Shown: positions 27,877-38,300 of the stretch, one piece after another
How the letters are laid out: every line of letters starts with the position of its first letter
Numbering within the stretch: the first letter of the stretch is position 1
IMG/VR virus record: IMGVR_UViG_3300023210_000017
Span: 1-64,000 of that record
Length of the DNA stretch: 64,000 nt
Strand: one strand, 5' to 3'
Source of the DNA: a virus
Notes under the pieces: model-generated
What the model was told of the DNA's origin: nothing
What the model saw: the letters and a program-made list of their open reading frames with translations, nothing else
Database searches by the model: none
Position numbers and translations under genes: made by a program

Positions 27877-30800
27877 TGGAAAAGAAGTATAACAATAAGG
27901 AGAGTAGAGGTTTGCCTGGTGGACCTAATGAAGTATTTTCATATGTGACAGGTGTATTTTCTACAGATGGATATAGAAGTGATAGCCAAGATGTAAATAA
28001 TCCTTTTAACGTTATACCTTCAGGCAACATTACTATGAAAGAACGAGATGGTAGACCTTTAAGGAAGGGTCCATTATTAGGTGTTGATAATTTAGGCAAT
28101 AAGAAAATAATGCGTCCAGGCCAAGACTATCAATTCCCCGGTGATGAAGTTACTGAGATACCTATGGCACAAGATGGTAAGACTCTTAGTATGGAAGATC
28201 AAGTTTATTCAAGGTTTCCTGCATTAAGAAATATGGGTGAGGTTACATTTAAAGCTGATCCTGAATTTACAAGGGAGGCTACAGGTGTTGGAGATATAGA
28301 ATATTTTGGTCCTGGAGAAGATAGAACTCAAATAACATATCCAAATAATTTTGTTTATAAGCATCCAAAAGTAGGTACACATGGTATTGTTTATAATCCT
28401 GAAACTAATAATGCTCAAGCTATAGCTTTAGACATGCTACATGGCTTAGGTAAAGATGATAAGAATTATGAAAAACTTAGAAATGAGTTTGGTGAAAGTT
28501 ATATGAACTCTATATTCAGAGAAGATTTTGAAAGAGACGTTAAAATGTTTAAAGAAGAAATTGGTGAAGATAAGTTTAATGAATGGTATGATGATGATAA
28601 AGATTATTTCAATCAGAGTTATGTTGATGGTATTATACGTAATTTACTTTTTGAAGGATCTCCAGAAGATTTTAAAGAATCTAGATATTGGGAAGGGGCA
28701 AGAGAAGGTTATTTAAGTCAACCAGAACTAAAAGAAACATTTAATGCTTTAGAAGGTTATCTAAAAACACCAACTGAAAAGCATGGTGGATCAATAAAAG
28801 AAAATGCAGATAAAGAAAATAGTAAGTCTATTTTATATAACTGGGAAAAGCCAAAAACTCCTGTTATGAATAGACAAGCTGCTATGCCAGATTGGTTTAA
28901 GTATGGTGAATTACTAGCTAGGAGTAAAGAACCTACAGGTAAAGGAGGTTACGCTTTTCAAACTAACATAGATATGCCCACCAAAAAGATTCCTGATGGT
29001 AATATGGATCTCAGAGGGATTGGAGTTAACTATAAATTTCCTATAGGTAAAAGTTGGAACGTCAATCCATCTGCTAATTTAACTAATGTGCAAGGTAGAG
29101 GTTTTGGTAATCAAAAATTATATTCAACTACAATACCTGGAGCAGGAATAGGTTTAAACTTTAAGCCAAATAAAAATTCTAATTTAAGTTTAGGTTTAAA
29201 TATGAGTTCTGTTATAGGTAAACCTATTAATAACGAATTTTCTAACGCAAAAGCTACCATCAAATATAATTTTAAAACAGGTGGTGATTCTCCTGAAGAA
29301 AAAGCATGGATGTCTGAATATAAGTTTACAGATGCTGATTTTGATTTTTTAAATAATGATAAATCATATTGCCCTAATGGTGGATGTTTAAAGCAAGCTC
29401 AAACTGGTACAGAAACTGAGGCCACAGAACCTGCTATACCTAAAGAGGAATCCTATATGGGAGATCTTTTTATTTCAGGTGTAGATTTAGAAAAATTAAA
29501 TTCAACACCTGATTTAGATATAAATGAGCTGCCTGAAGAGTTATGGGATAAACAGGTTGGAAGAGGAGACTCTAAAACCTATAAGCAAGTGGCAGATGAC
29601 AATAATGGAATAATTCCATGGAGGTATCTTGACACAGAAGAGAAACGTTTAGCTAATCAATATTATTGTACTACAGAGGGAGGTTGTTTAGCAAGCTCTT
29701 ATAATGCATATGATGCGGTAGTTGGTCAAAGATATCCATCAAATGAATTTTTATCTGAAGCAAAATTAAAGGAATCTTTAGGGCTTCAAAGTGCAAGTAA
29801 AGAGAAATTGGGTTATCCATATTATGATGATGGCGTATTAATGCAACAGGATCCTGATAAGTCAAGTGGATTTACACCTGTTTCAGAAGGAACTAAAAAT
29901 TGGATAGAATCAGTACCATATTTTAAACATACTAGAGAGGGTAAAACAAAGCTTGATTTTACAGCAGATAGTTGGGATACCCATGGTGTAATGGTTGAAA
30001 ACAAAGGTAGCAATATTTTTACAGCTTCAGATGATGATATTAAAAATAACAGAAATAAGTTTGCAAATTTATCTGAAAAAGAAAAGCAAAAGCTTTATGC
30101 TCAAATGACTCCAGGTACAGTTGTATCATTTACAAGTCCTTTTGGTGCAAGTGATGGTAATTTAAGAATAGGTCTTAATGATAAGTATGGTTTAGGTAAT
30201 TCAAGTCATAGTGCTCAAGTTGTTGGTTATGCTGAAGATGGTGTTCCAATTATATTTGACTATGGTGTGTATAGACGTATAGATGATGATGATGCAGCTC
30301 CAGTATACGGTGATATGAATACTTTAAGTAACATCACTATACCTAAAGCGCATATAGGTAAAAATCTTGAATGGGCTAAGAAAAATGGTTACTTTGACAA
30401 AGAAGGACCTGGAGAATTAGATTTTGATTTAACCCCTTTATATGATGAGAAAAATGCAGATATAGATGAATTAGAACCATTTTATAATGCATTAAAAACT
30501 AACAAGCGTTCTTTAATGGATGATCTTAATATTAAATCTGAAAACTATGACATGATTGCCAAATCATTAATTGGCATAACAATGGAAGAGACAGAAGGTG
30601 GTTCTGGATTGCAACATAATATTGAAAATAAAATGTTTAGTGTAGGTCAAGACAGTATTGGATTAACTCAGCTAATGTGGTCTAACATTGAAAATGATCC
30701 TAAGTTAAAAAAAGTAGCTGCAAAATATGACATTACTAAAAAAAGTGATTTAAAAGACTCTGACAAAAGTGCTATTGCTTCCATGATATATGGGCATAGA

Positions 30801-31505
30801 AACTTTTTATCAGCTAAAGAAAATTATAAAAAGGGTAAAGGAAAGCCTGGTATAAGAACATATAAAGCATCTGATAGCTGGAAAACTACTGCTAAACAAT
30901 ATGCTTTAAAAGATCCTGTATATGATGGATATACATTTAGAACAGAAGAAGGTGTGGAAGTAGATTTCTTTACAGGTGCTAATGATGTTTGGAATCCTTT
31001 TTATGGTGTAGGTATGGATAAAAGTATAGAAAATATTCAAAGTCAATTTGAAAAAATAGCACCCGGTAAATATAAAGTACGTGAAGAAGATGGAGAGTAT
31101 GTTGTTGATAAAACTACATTGGGTAATGGTAGGATTAATAAAGAAACAGGAGAACTAGAAGATCTTACAGACTCTGAAATATTTTCATATAATTGGAATT
31201 CACCTTATAGCTTATCTTCAGGAGATGCCCAAGGTGGTGCAGCATATGTAGAGGGTATACAAAATATAGGGAATCTTATACAAAAAAAGGTTGGAGGTGA
31301 GATTGCACGTAATCAAACTGTTTTAGAAAAGTTTAATTCAGGGGGAGCTAAAGAACTTAAATTATATAAAAATTATTTTAATGGAAAGGTGAAGAATGAA
31401 AAGGCACGTAAAAATTATGATAAACTTAATAGAGTTTATTACAAAGATGCTAAGGCTAAAAAAATGTCTTCACCTAATTATATATTAACGCATGTAATTA
31501 CATAG
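27876..31505 (+). CDS. modular cargo-region protein: beta-rich module, Cys/His amidase-like and lytic transglycosylase-like domains
   Basis: IPSGNITMK...PGQDYQFPG N-terminal module; GCL...PG.VV...SHSA (CHAP/NlpC-like); EET...SIGLTQL (lysozyme/SLT-like); GG/AQxG linkers. Confidence 0.6.
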   Translation: MEKKYNNKESRGLPGGPNEVFSYVTGVFSTDGYRSDSQDVNNPFNVIPSGNITMKERDGRPLRKGPLLGVDNLGNKKIMRPGQDYQFPGDEVTEIPMAQDGKTLSMEDQVYSRFPALRNMGEVTFKADPEFTREATGVGDIEYFGPGEDRTQITYPNNFVYKHPKVGTHGIVYNPETNNAQAIALDMLHGLGKDDKNYEKLRNEFGESYMNSIFREDFERDVKMFKEEIGEDKFNEWYDDDKDYFNQSYVDGIIRNLLFEGSPEDFKESRYWEGAREGYLSQPELKETFNALEGYLKTPTEKHGGSIKENADKENSKSILYNWEKPKTPVMNRQAAMPDWFKYGELLARSKEPTGKGGYAFQTNIDMPTKKIPDGNMDLRGIGVNYKFPIGKSWNVNPSANLTNVQGRGFGNQKLYSTTIPGAGIGLNFKPNKNSNLSLGLNMSSVIGKPINNEFSNAKATIKYNFKTGGDSPEEKAWMSEYKFTDADFDFLNNDKSYCPNGGCLKQAQTGTETEATEPAIPKEESYMGDLFISGVDLEKLNSTPDLDINELPEELWDKQVGRGDSKTYKQVADDNNGIIPWRYLDTEEKRLANQYYCTTEGGCLASSYNAYDAVVGQRYPSNEFLSEAKLKESLGLQSASKEKLGYPYYDDGVLMQQDPDKSSGFTPVSEGTKNWIESVPYFKHTREGKTKLDFTADSWDTHGVMVENKGSNIFTASDDDIKNNRNKFANLSEKEKQKLYAQMTPGTVVSFTSPFGASDGNLRIGLNDKYGLGNSSHSAQVVGYAEDGVPIIFDYGVYRRIDDDDAAPVYGDMNTLSNITIPKAHIGKNLEWAKKNGYFDKEGPGELDFDLTPLYDEKNADIDELEPFYNALKTNKRSLMDDLNIKSENYDMIAKSLIGITMEETEGGSGLQHNIENKMFSVGQDSIGLTQLMWSNIENDPKLKKVAAKYDITKKSDLKDSDKSAIASMIYGHRNFLSAKENYKKGKGKPGIRTYKASDSWKTTAKQYALKDPVYDGYTFRTEEGVEVDFFTGANDVWNPFYGVGMDKSIENIQSQFEKIAPGKYKVREEDGEYVVDKTTLGNGRINKETGELEDLTDSEIFSYNWNSPYSLSSGDAQGGAAYVEGIQNIGNLIQKKVGGEIARNQTVLEKFNSGGAKELKLYKNYFNGKVKNEKARKNYDKLNRVYYKDAKAKKMSSPNYILTHVIT

Positions 31506-31534
31506 CTACGCTTATTAGCAAATATCCTTATTTA

Positions 31535-31553
31535 TTTGTATATTATTAATATA
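31535..31553 (+). promoter_or_regulatory. candidate phage promoter (TTTGTATATTAT)
   Basis: 18/19 identical to 7530..7548; 10 nt before ATG. Confidence 0.55.
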
Positions 31554-31563
31554 GATTATCATC

Positions 31564-34500
31564 ATGGATTTAAAAAGCATAAATAAAAAAAGTTTAAATG
31601 GAAAGCCATTTCATAAAATGCCAGATGGATCTTGGATGCCCGGCACAAAGCATATGAAAAAAGGCGGAGAACTTGAAGAGACTGTTGTTAGTGAAAAAGG
31701 TTTTGATTATAAAAAAATCTATGATGCTAGTTCTGGTACAACAATGTATTATACAAAACCTTCAAGAGGTAAAAATTGGAAAGATCTTCAAGATGGTAGA
31801 AACAATAGAACATTAACTGTTGTTAAAACAAAAATATTTAAAGATGATTCTTTAAAAGAATTAAAAGAAGGTGGAGATTCTGAAGAGAAATATATTCCAA
31901 CAATAGATGAAATTAAAAAAGGCGGTTACAAAGTTAAGGTAATAGCGTATGCTCCAAGTAAAAGCATGCCTCCTGGACATACAGAAGCTATACTCATTGA
32001 TAAAAATGGAAACCCTGTTGATTATTATTATGATAAAGATGATAACAAAAAAGAAGCCTTTGTAAATAGATGGGAAGAAGGAGGAGATGAAGGATCACAA
32101 TTTGATGATGATGCTGGTTGGGATAATAGAAACAAAAGCTATTTTAAATCTAAATCTATAGAAGCTTTAAATAAAAAGATTAAAGCAAACAAGTATAATA
32201 GAGCAATGGATCTAAATTTAGATTCTGATCAAATTGAAAATTTTTTAAACAGCACATCATTAGAAGGCGGCCTTGATTATAACTTCATGGAAAATAATTG
32301 TGCTGACGGTGTATGTAGAGCTTTTGGTTTAGACTCAGATAAAGTTGGAGGAACATTTGGCACACAATGGGTAGGAACAGAACCACAACAAGTATTTAGC
32401 CAATTGCAAGAAAACTATAAAGATCAAATTTCAGGTAAAGTAGTAGGAGAGCAAATGTCTAGAGAAGACTTTGTAAAACAAGCTGCGCTACTTGGAGCAG
32501 GAAATGTAGATGGGATAGGAGGTACTATATTACAAGGTATTGCAACACAACAAGTTAATGACCCGACCAGTCTTCTTAATGCAGCGGGGAATGCATACAA
32601 AGCTGGAAGATATGTAAAACAAAAACTGGAAGATTCTGCAGATTTTGTAGATGAAAATACAGATTTTTCTTCTGAAGGGGTGAGTAATTTTTTCCCTTGG
32701 TGGGGTAATACAATTAATAGCGTATTTGGAGGAGATGAAAATTATTGGAAATATTCATCTCAAAAAAGAGCAGAAGCAGCAGCTAGAAAAAAGAAACGGG
32801 ATGCAGATAATTGGGCCAACCCTGTTATAATAGATCCAACTTTAATGCAAGGTGATGAAACAAGGCAGGGCCCAGCATTTACTCAACCATTTAATTTAAA
32901 AGAAGGTGGACAATTACCTACAGCGCAAAATGGAAATGGTAGATATTCAGATTTAACTTCTAGGTATGGTAGTTATAATCAATGGAATCAAAGCAATGAT
33001 AGGTCTGTTAGAGCGCCTGTTCAAAGCGCTTATTTGCCAATGAACTTAGGAGCAAGAGGTGATGTGATAGGTGCAGTTTCCACTCTTGTTGAAGGTGCTG
33101 GAAGATTATTTGGCGGTAAAGATAGAGATGGAGATGGGCTAATGGATGGAGCTTTTAGAGATAATAAAGCTAAAAGAAAAAGACATAAAGCTAGAAGGCA
33201 ATTAGAAAAATCTCAAAACTATGATTATAAAGTTACAGCTGATCCTAATGATCCAACTAAATATGTAGATTCATCAACAAATCTTTACAATGCTAGTAAG
33301 AAAAAAAATCCTGAATCTTTGCAAACTGTTGATAGTTGGAAAGGTGAGTTAAATGAAGATAATACATTTTTAGACTTTGATGTTGCATCAAATCAATATA
33401 CGGCTAGCTATATGGATCCTGATCTTATGTCAAAAAATAAAAAACTTAGACCTACTAATACTGTTAAAGATTTTCAATCTCGTAAAGAAAAGCTGGATAC
33501 TGGCAAGTATAATGAACTTAGCTTATTAGGTCAAGATGCTGATGCATTTAATGCTGCTAATGACATACCCGAAGGTACTACATTTGGCATGAATGAAAAT
33601 GGTCAAAGTACATATTATGCGCCTAATGCACAGACAGAAGAAGAAAAAACAAATTACTATAATACAATGATGATGAAAAAATTTGGAGGACACATGCAAG
33701 AAGGTGGGCAACCATCTCCAGAAGAAATGGCAATGATGCAGGCTCAACAAGAACAAGCGCCACAACAACAAGCACCGCAAGAAGGTGGTGAAGAAGCTGT
33801 AGTTCAACTTATGGAAGAAATAAAAGGAGCTCTTGAAGGTGGTGCTAAACCACAAGAAGTAATGGTGCAGTTAATACAAAGTGGTATGCCGCCTGAATCT
33901 GTGGCTCAAGTATTTGTACAATTAGGAATGCCCGAAGATCAAATAGGTCCAGCTATAGAACAAGCAATGACTCAAGCTCAAGGTCAGCAAGGCGCTGAAC
34001 CTTCTGAAGAAGAAATGATGGCGGCTCAACAATCACAAGCTGGAGCACCTGCTCCACCAATGATGAGATATGGAGGTGGAGATTCACCTTTTGCGGAAGC
34101 ACATCCATTGTCTGCATTTGCATATGGTGGTGATAACGATTATGTTGAAACAGGAGAAGGACTTTTAGATGAAGATAACTTTATTAAAACTAAACGTAAA
34201 AGAAATGGAAAAATTAAACAAAAAGAAATTTCTGAAAAAAGATTTAATAGAATTCAAGATAGATATGAAAGAAAAGGTGGACACGATGGTGGAGATAACC
34301 CCAATGTAGATAACACTGTTAATAGAAGAGGTAATAAAAGTGTTTCTGATATGAATGCTGGAATACCTTGGGAAGATTATACACGACCTAGCTTGATAAG
34401 ACCTCAGTTAAGAACTCCTTATGAACGTCCACTTGCTATGGTTGAACCTGACCTAATATTTGATGATCCTTCAACTATAGAAGCACCAGCATTTAATGCA

Positions 34501-35337
34501 ATGCAAGAGTTGAATAGTGCTGATGCTCAATACTCACCGACCCCTTCTTTTATTAGTAGTTCTGATCCTATGGCTGCTGCTATGGCAGCAGATGCTACAA
34601 GTACTCCATCATTTGCATATGGTGGTCAAGCTCAAGATGGAACTGAAATAAATCCAGCACAATTTGCAGCTGAACAAGATACATATGCAGCATCTGAAGG
34701 AGATCCTATGGCTCAACAAATGATGCAAGAGTCTAATCCACAAGGTGGTTCTGGAGATTTAATTCAAGAAGTTTTAGCAGCTTTATCACAAGGAGTAGGT
34801 CCAGAACAAGTATATACTAAAATAATGGAAATGGGCATTGATCAAGAGCAAGCTGGTCAAATTATACAGCAAGCTATGGCAATGATGAATCAAGGTGGAC
34901 CAAGTAATCAAGCGCCTGCTGAAGATGATGGATATGCTCAAATGCTTTCACAGCTTCAAGATCAAAGAGATTCTTTTAAGAATGAATATAGAAGAGATGT
35001 AAATAAATTAGGTGGAGGTGCAGCTATGCAAAATGCTCAGAATGGTACTGGTAGAGTTGTAAAATCAGACACAACTAAAACATCTAAATTTTGGCCTAGA
35101 GAAAAAACATCTGCTATTTTTAATGAATTTCTTGGACAGGGTTATAGTGCAGAAGAAGCTAGAAATAACATATACAATATGAATGTAATCTCTGAAAAAG
35201 ATTATGATTTTGTTAGAGGGTTGGGAGCTAAAAAGAAAAAATTAAAGAAAAGAGGTGGTCAATCAGATTCTGTAGAATTAACTACTAAGCAAATTGCTCA
35301 AATAATCGCTGCAGGTGGCAGTGTTAAATACGTATAA
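31564..35337 (+). CDS. modular cargo-region protein with permuted papain-like peptidase domain and Gln/Met-rich repeats
   Basis: PPGHTEA...YNFMENNCAD; HKMPDGSWMPG; DRDGDG; many xxGG / AQxG linkers. Confidence 0.55.
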   Translation: MDLKSINKKSLNGKPFHKMPDGSWMPGTKHMKKGGELEETVVSEKGFDYKKIYDASSGTTMYYTKPSRGKNWKDLQDGRNNRTLTVVKTKIFKDDSLKELKEGGDSEEKYIPTIDEIKKGGYKVKVIAYAPSKSMPPGHTEAILIDKNGNPVDYYYDKDDNKKEAFVNRWEEGGDEGSQFDDDAGWDNRNKSYFKSKSIEALNKKIKANKYNRAMDLNLDSDQIENFLNSTSLEGGLDYNFMENNCADGVCRAFGLDSDKVGGTFGTQWVGTEPQQVFSQLQENYKDQISGKVVGEQMSREDFVKQAALLGAGNVDGIGGTILQGIATQQVNDPTSLLNAAGNAYKAGRYVKQKLEDSADFVDENTDFSSEGVSNFFPWWGNTINSVFGGDENYWKYSSQKRAEAAARKKKRDADNWANPVIIDPTLMQGDETRQGPAFTQPFNLKEGGQLPTAQNGNGRYSDLTSRYGSYNQWNQSNDRSVRAPVQSAYLPMNLGARGDVIGAVSTLVEGAGRLFGGKDRDGDGLMDGAFRDNKAKRKRHKARRQLEKSQNYDYKVTADPNDPTKYVDSSTNLYNASKKKNPESLQTVDSWKGELNEDNTFLDFDVASNQYTASYMDPDLMSKNKKLRPTNTVKDFQSRKEKLDTGKYNELSLLGQDADAFNAANDIPEGTTFGMNENGQSTYYAPNAQTEEEKTNYYNTMMMKKFGGHMQEGGQPSPEEMAMMQAQQEQAPQQQAPQEGGEEAVVQLMEEIKGALEGGAKPQEVMVQLIQSGMPPESVAQVFVQLGMPEDQIGPAIEQAMTQAQGQQGAEPSEEEMMAAQQSQAGAPAPPMMRYGGGDSPFAEAHPLSAFAYGGDNDYVETGEGLLDEDNFIKTKRKRNGKIKQKEISEKRFNRIQDRYERKGGHDGGDNPNVDNTVNRRGNKSVSDMNAGIPWEDYTRPSLIRPQLRTPYERPLAMVEPDLIFDDPSTIEAPAFNAMQELNSADAQYSPTPSFISSSDPMAAAMAADATSTPSFAYGGQAQDGTEINPAQFAAEQDTYAASEGDPMAQQMMQESNPQGGSGDLIQEVLAALSQGVGPEQVYTKIMEMGIDQEQAGQIIQQAMAMMNQGGPSNQAPAEDDGYAQMLSQLQDQRDSFKNEYRRDVNKLGGGAAMQNAQNGTGRVVKSDTTKTSKFWPREKTSAIFNEFLGQGYSAEEARNNIYNMNVISEKDYDFVRGLGAKKKKLKKRGGQSDSVELTTKQIAQIIAAGGSVKYV

Positions 35338-35338
35338 T

Positions 35339-38300
35339 ATGCCTAAAATAAAAAATACAAAACATAGAGTTTTAATATCTAATCTTCCTAAAGGGTTTGA
35401 ATTAGTTGATGGTGAATTAGTAAAAAAAGCACATGGTGGTTTAGTTACTGGAGATCAACATAACTATGGTTTAGTTACATTTAATCCACACGCAGGTGAT
35501 TCAGAAAATGATAGAGATGTAGATGTAAGATATAGTTTATCTTCAGTGCCTAGAGATGCTGCTAATATAGAAGCTGAAGGAGGCGAGACTGTATTAACAG
35601 ATCTTACTAATGATGGTAACTATGGATTGTATGATATAACAGGACCTAAACATTCTAAAGGTGGTGTACCAATGTTCTTACCTGAACAATCTTTTATTTT
35701 TTCTGATACAGAGAAGATGAAGATGGATAAAACAGAGCTTGCTGAATTTGGAATTGAATCTAAAAAGAAGATGACCCCAGCTAAGGTTTCTAAAAAGTTT
35801 GATTTAAATAGATACTATGGTTTATTAAATAGTGAATATGCAGATAAGACACAGGCAAATTCTGCAGAACTTATGCTTACAAAAAATTCAGAGTCTCTTT
35901 CTAAATTAGCATTTGGTCAAGAATTGAAAAAGGATTTTGAAGAAGGTGTTCCTGTAGCAGCTCATCCATATCTTAATTCTATTGGTATAGATCCAATGGA
36001 GTTTACTGCACAAGTAGAACAAAGACAACAAGGTGGCCAAGAGCAAATGGGTGAAATGAGATATGGTGGTATATTACGTAAAGCACAAGTGGCTGGACCT
36101 GCTCCTTGTCCAGAAGGACAAGAATGGGATGATGCTGTACAGGCGTGTGTATTAAAAGAATCAACAAGCGAACAACCAAATGGTCCATTTGCTCCACAAA
36201 ATCAATATACTTCTTCAGCATATTCTGAGTATGAAAATGATGACATAAATGATGGTACTTTACCTGCAAATCCTGGACAATTTGGACTTACTCGACCTGA
36301 AACTCCTGCTGTTGAAACTCCTACTTATGGAGCGCCAACTGTAGAAAGAACAAATAAAAAAGGAATGGGTGCAAGAATGGAGCAAGGATTAGATAGATTT
36401 ATGGATAGTCCTGGAGTGGATAAATTTGCAGAAATTGGATCTTTTGGTGTAGCAGCTGCAAATGTTGGGAATCAAATAGCTCTTAATACTAAAGGTGAGC
36501 AAGCTAAACAAGATATGCTGAAAATGAGCATGGTAGATAATTCCGTTGGTGTTGTAGATTATGATCCAAATGCTCTGGGGTACACGGGTGTACAAGAAGG
36601 TCTTATAAATAAAACCCTGCAAGGTCAAGGTCCTTCTGGATATAATGGTTACTATGGAGAAGATGGGATGGAAATACCAAAGGCTCAAGAAGGTACAGAA
36701 ACTGGATATTATGATGTTATGGGAAATTGGTACCCTATTGATAAACCATTATCTACCGGAACTGATTTTGCTATGGTAAATGGATTTAGTGCAACGAAAG
36801 AAGAGTTAGATCAATTTGTAATAGATCAACAAGCTGAATTTGATAGACAAACTGCAGAATTAAACGGTACTCCAGCAAAAGCAGAACAACTATGGGAATC
36901 AGGCAAAACATATAAAGGTGGTTCTCCTGAATGGAATCAATGGTATATGTCTGATAATGCTGAACAATATAGAGATGATAGATATACTGCATATAAAGCC
37001 CGTAGGGAATCAAAAGGTTTAAAATCTTTAGATGCAGATGCTTACCACGATATATATCTAAGAGGTCAAAAGCAAATTAATGCTATACAACAAAGGTATG
37101 AAAGTGATCCAACTACTTTAACAGATAAAAAGTGGGATGCAACTCAAAATGATTTCTATAACGAGCAGATTGACCTTTTAAATGCAGATATAGAAGCTGC
37201 AAATACTGCAGGTCTAGCAGCAGATCCTGACTATAAAGCAAAACCTTTATATAAAGGATTATCTGATAGTGAGGTTGGTGATTTTCAATCAGGATATATA
37301 GGAGGAAAGTTTCTTCAATCTAATATTGGCGGTACTTCAAAAGATTTAGTAGACATGATTCATAAAGGTGTCAATGATCAAACTGTTAATGTAGGTGCTG
37401 ATACTTATAACATATCACCAGAAGATAAGTGGTTTGGAGATACAACGGTTGGACAATGGGAAGAAAAAACAATACCCACCTATAATGAAAAGACTGAAAA
37501 ATGTGAGTGTGAATTTGAAGGTCAGACATTTGAAATGACACCACTTAATGATGGCGGCTGCCCACCATGTCCTGAAAAAGAGCAAAAAATATTAGATGAT
37601 GCAGAAGTACCTGAAGAAATAGCACCTACTGCAAAGGTTCCTTTTATACAAGACATTTTAAAGTTAAGATCTATTGCAAATAGGAAAAGAGATTTATTTT
37701 TACCATGGGAACCTGCTGAACGAAAGGTACGGTATGAAGATGTATTAGAAGATCCAACTAGAATAATAGCTGCTGCAAATTCAGATGCTAATGCAGCAAT
37801 GCAAGCAGCTGGAGCATTTGCTGGACCACAAGCTTTAGGAGCAAGAACTGCTGCTATTCAAGGTCAAAATGCTAGAGCTATTGCAGATCAAGTTGGAGCA
37901 GTTAATCAAAGAAATGTTGCAACTATTAATAGAGGTAATGCAGTTAGAGGTCAATTTGAAGATTCATATAATCAAAGAAGTAATGCTAGCAATAAAAGAG
38001 TATATGATAATACTATGAAAGCCCTTCAAATAGGAATGGATGAGCAAAACTTTGATAATGAGCAATATATAGATCAATTGGGTAATACAATTACAAATGC
38101 ATCACATGCATATAATGATAACTCATTGAGAGATTATTATGGTTATAATCCTTTAAAAGGTGGAGATGTATATCAAAAAGGAAGCAAAGCTTTTAAACCT
38201 GTACCAGAAGTAGATAGATTTGCACATGTAGATAAAGCTGGTGAAATAGCAAAGCGTTATAGACTAGCTACAAATTCAGAACCATCTAAAGAAATGATGA

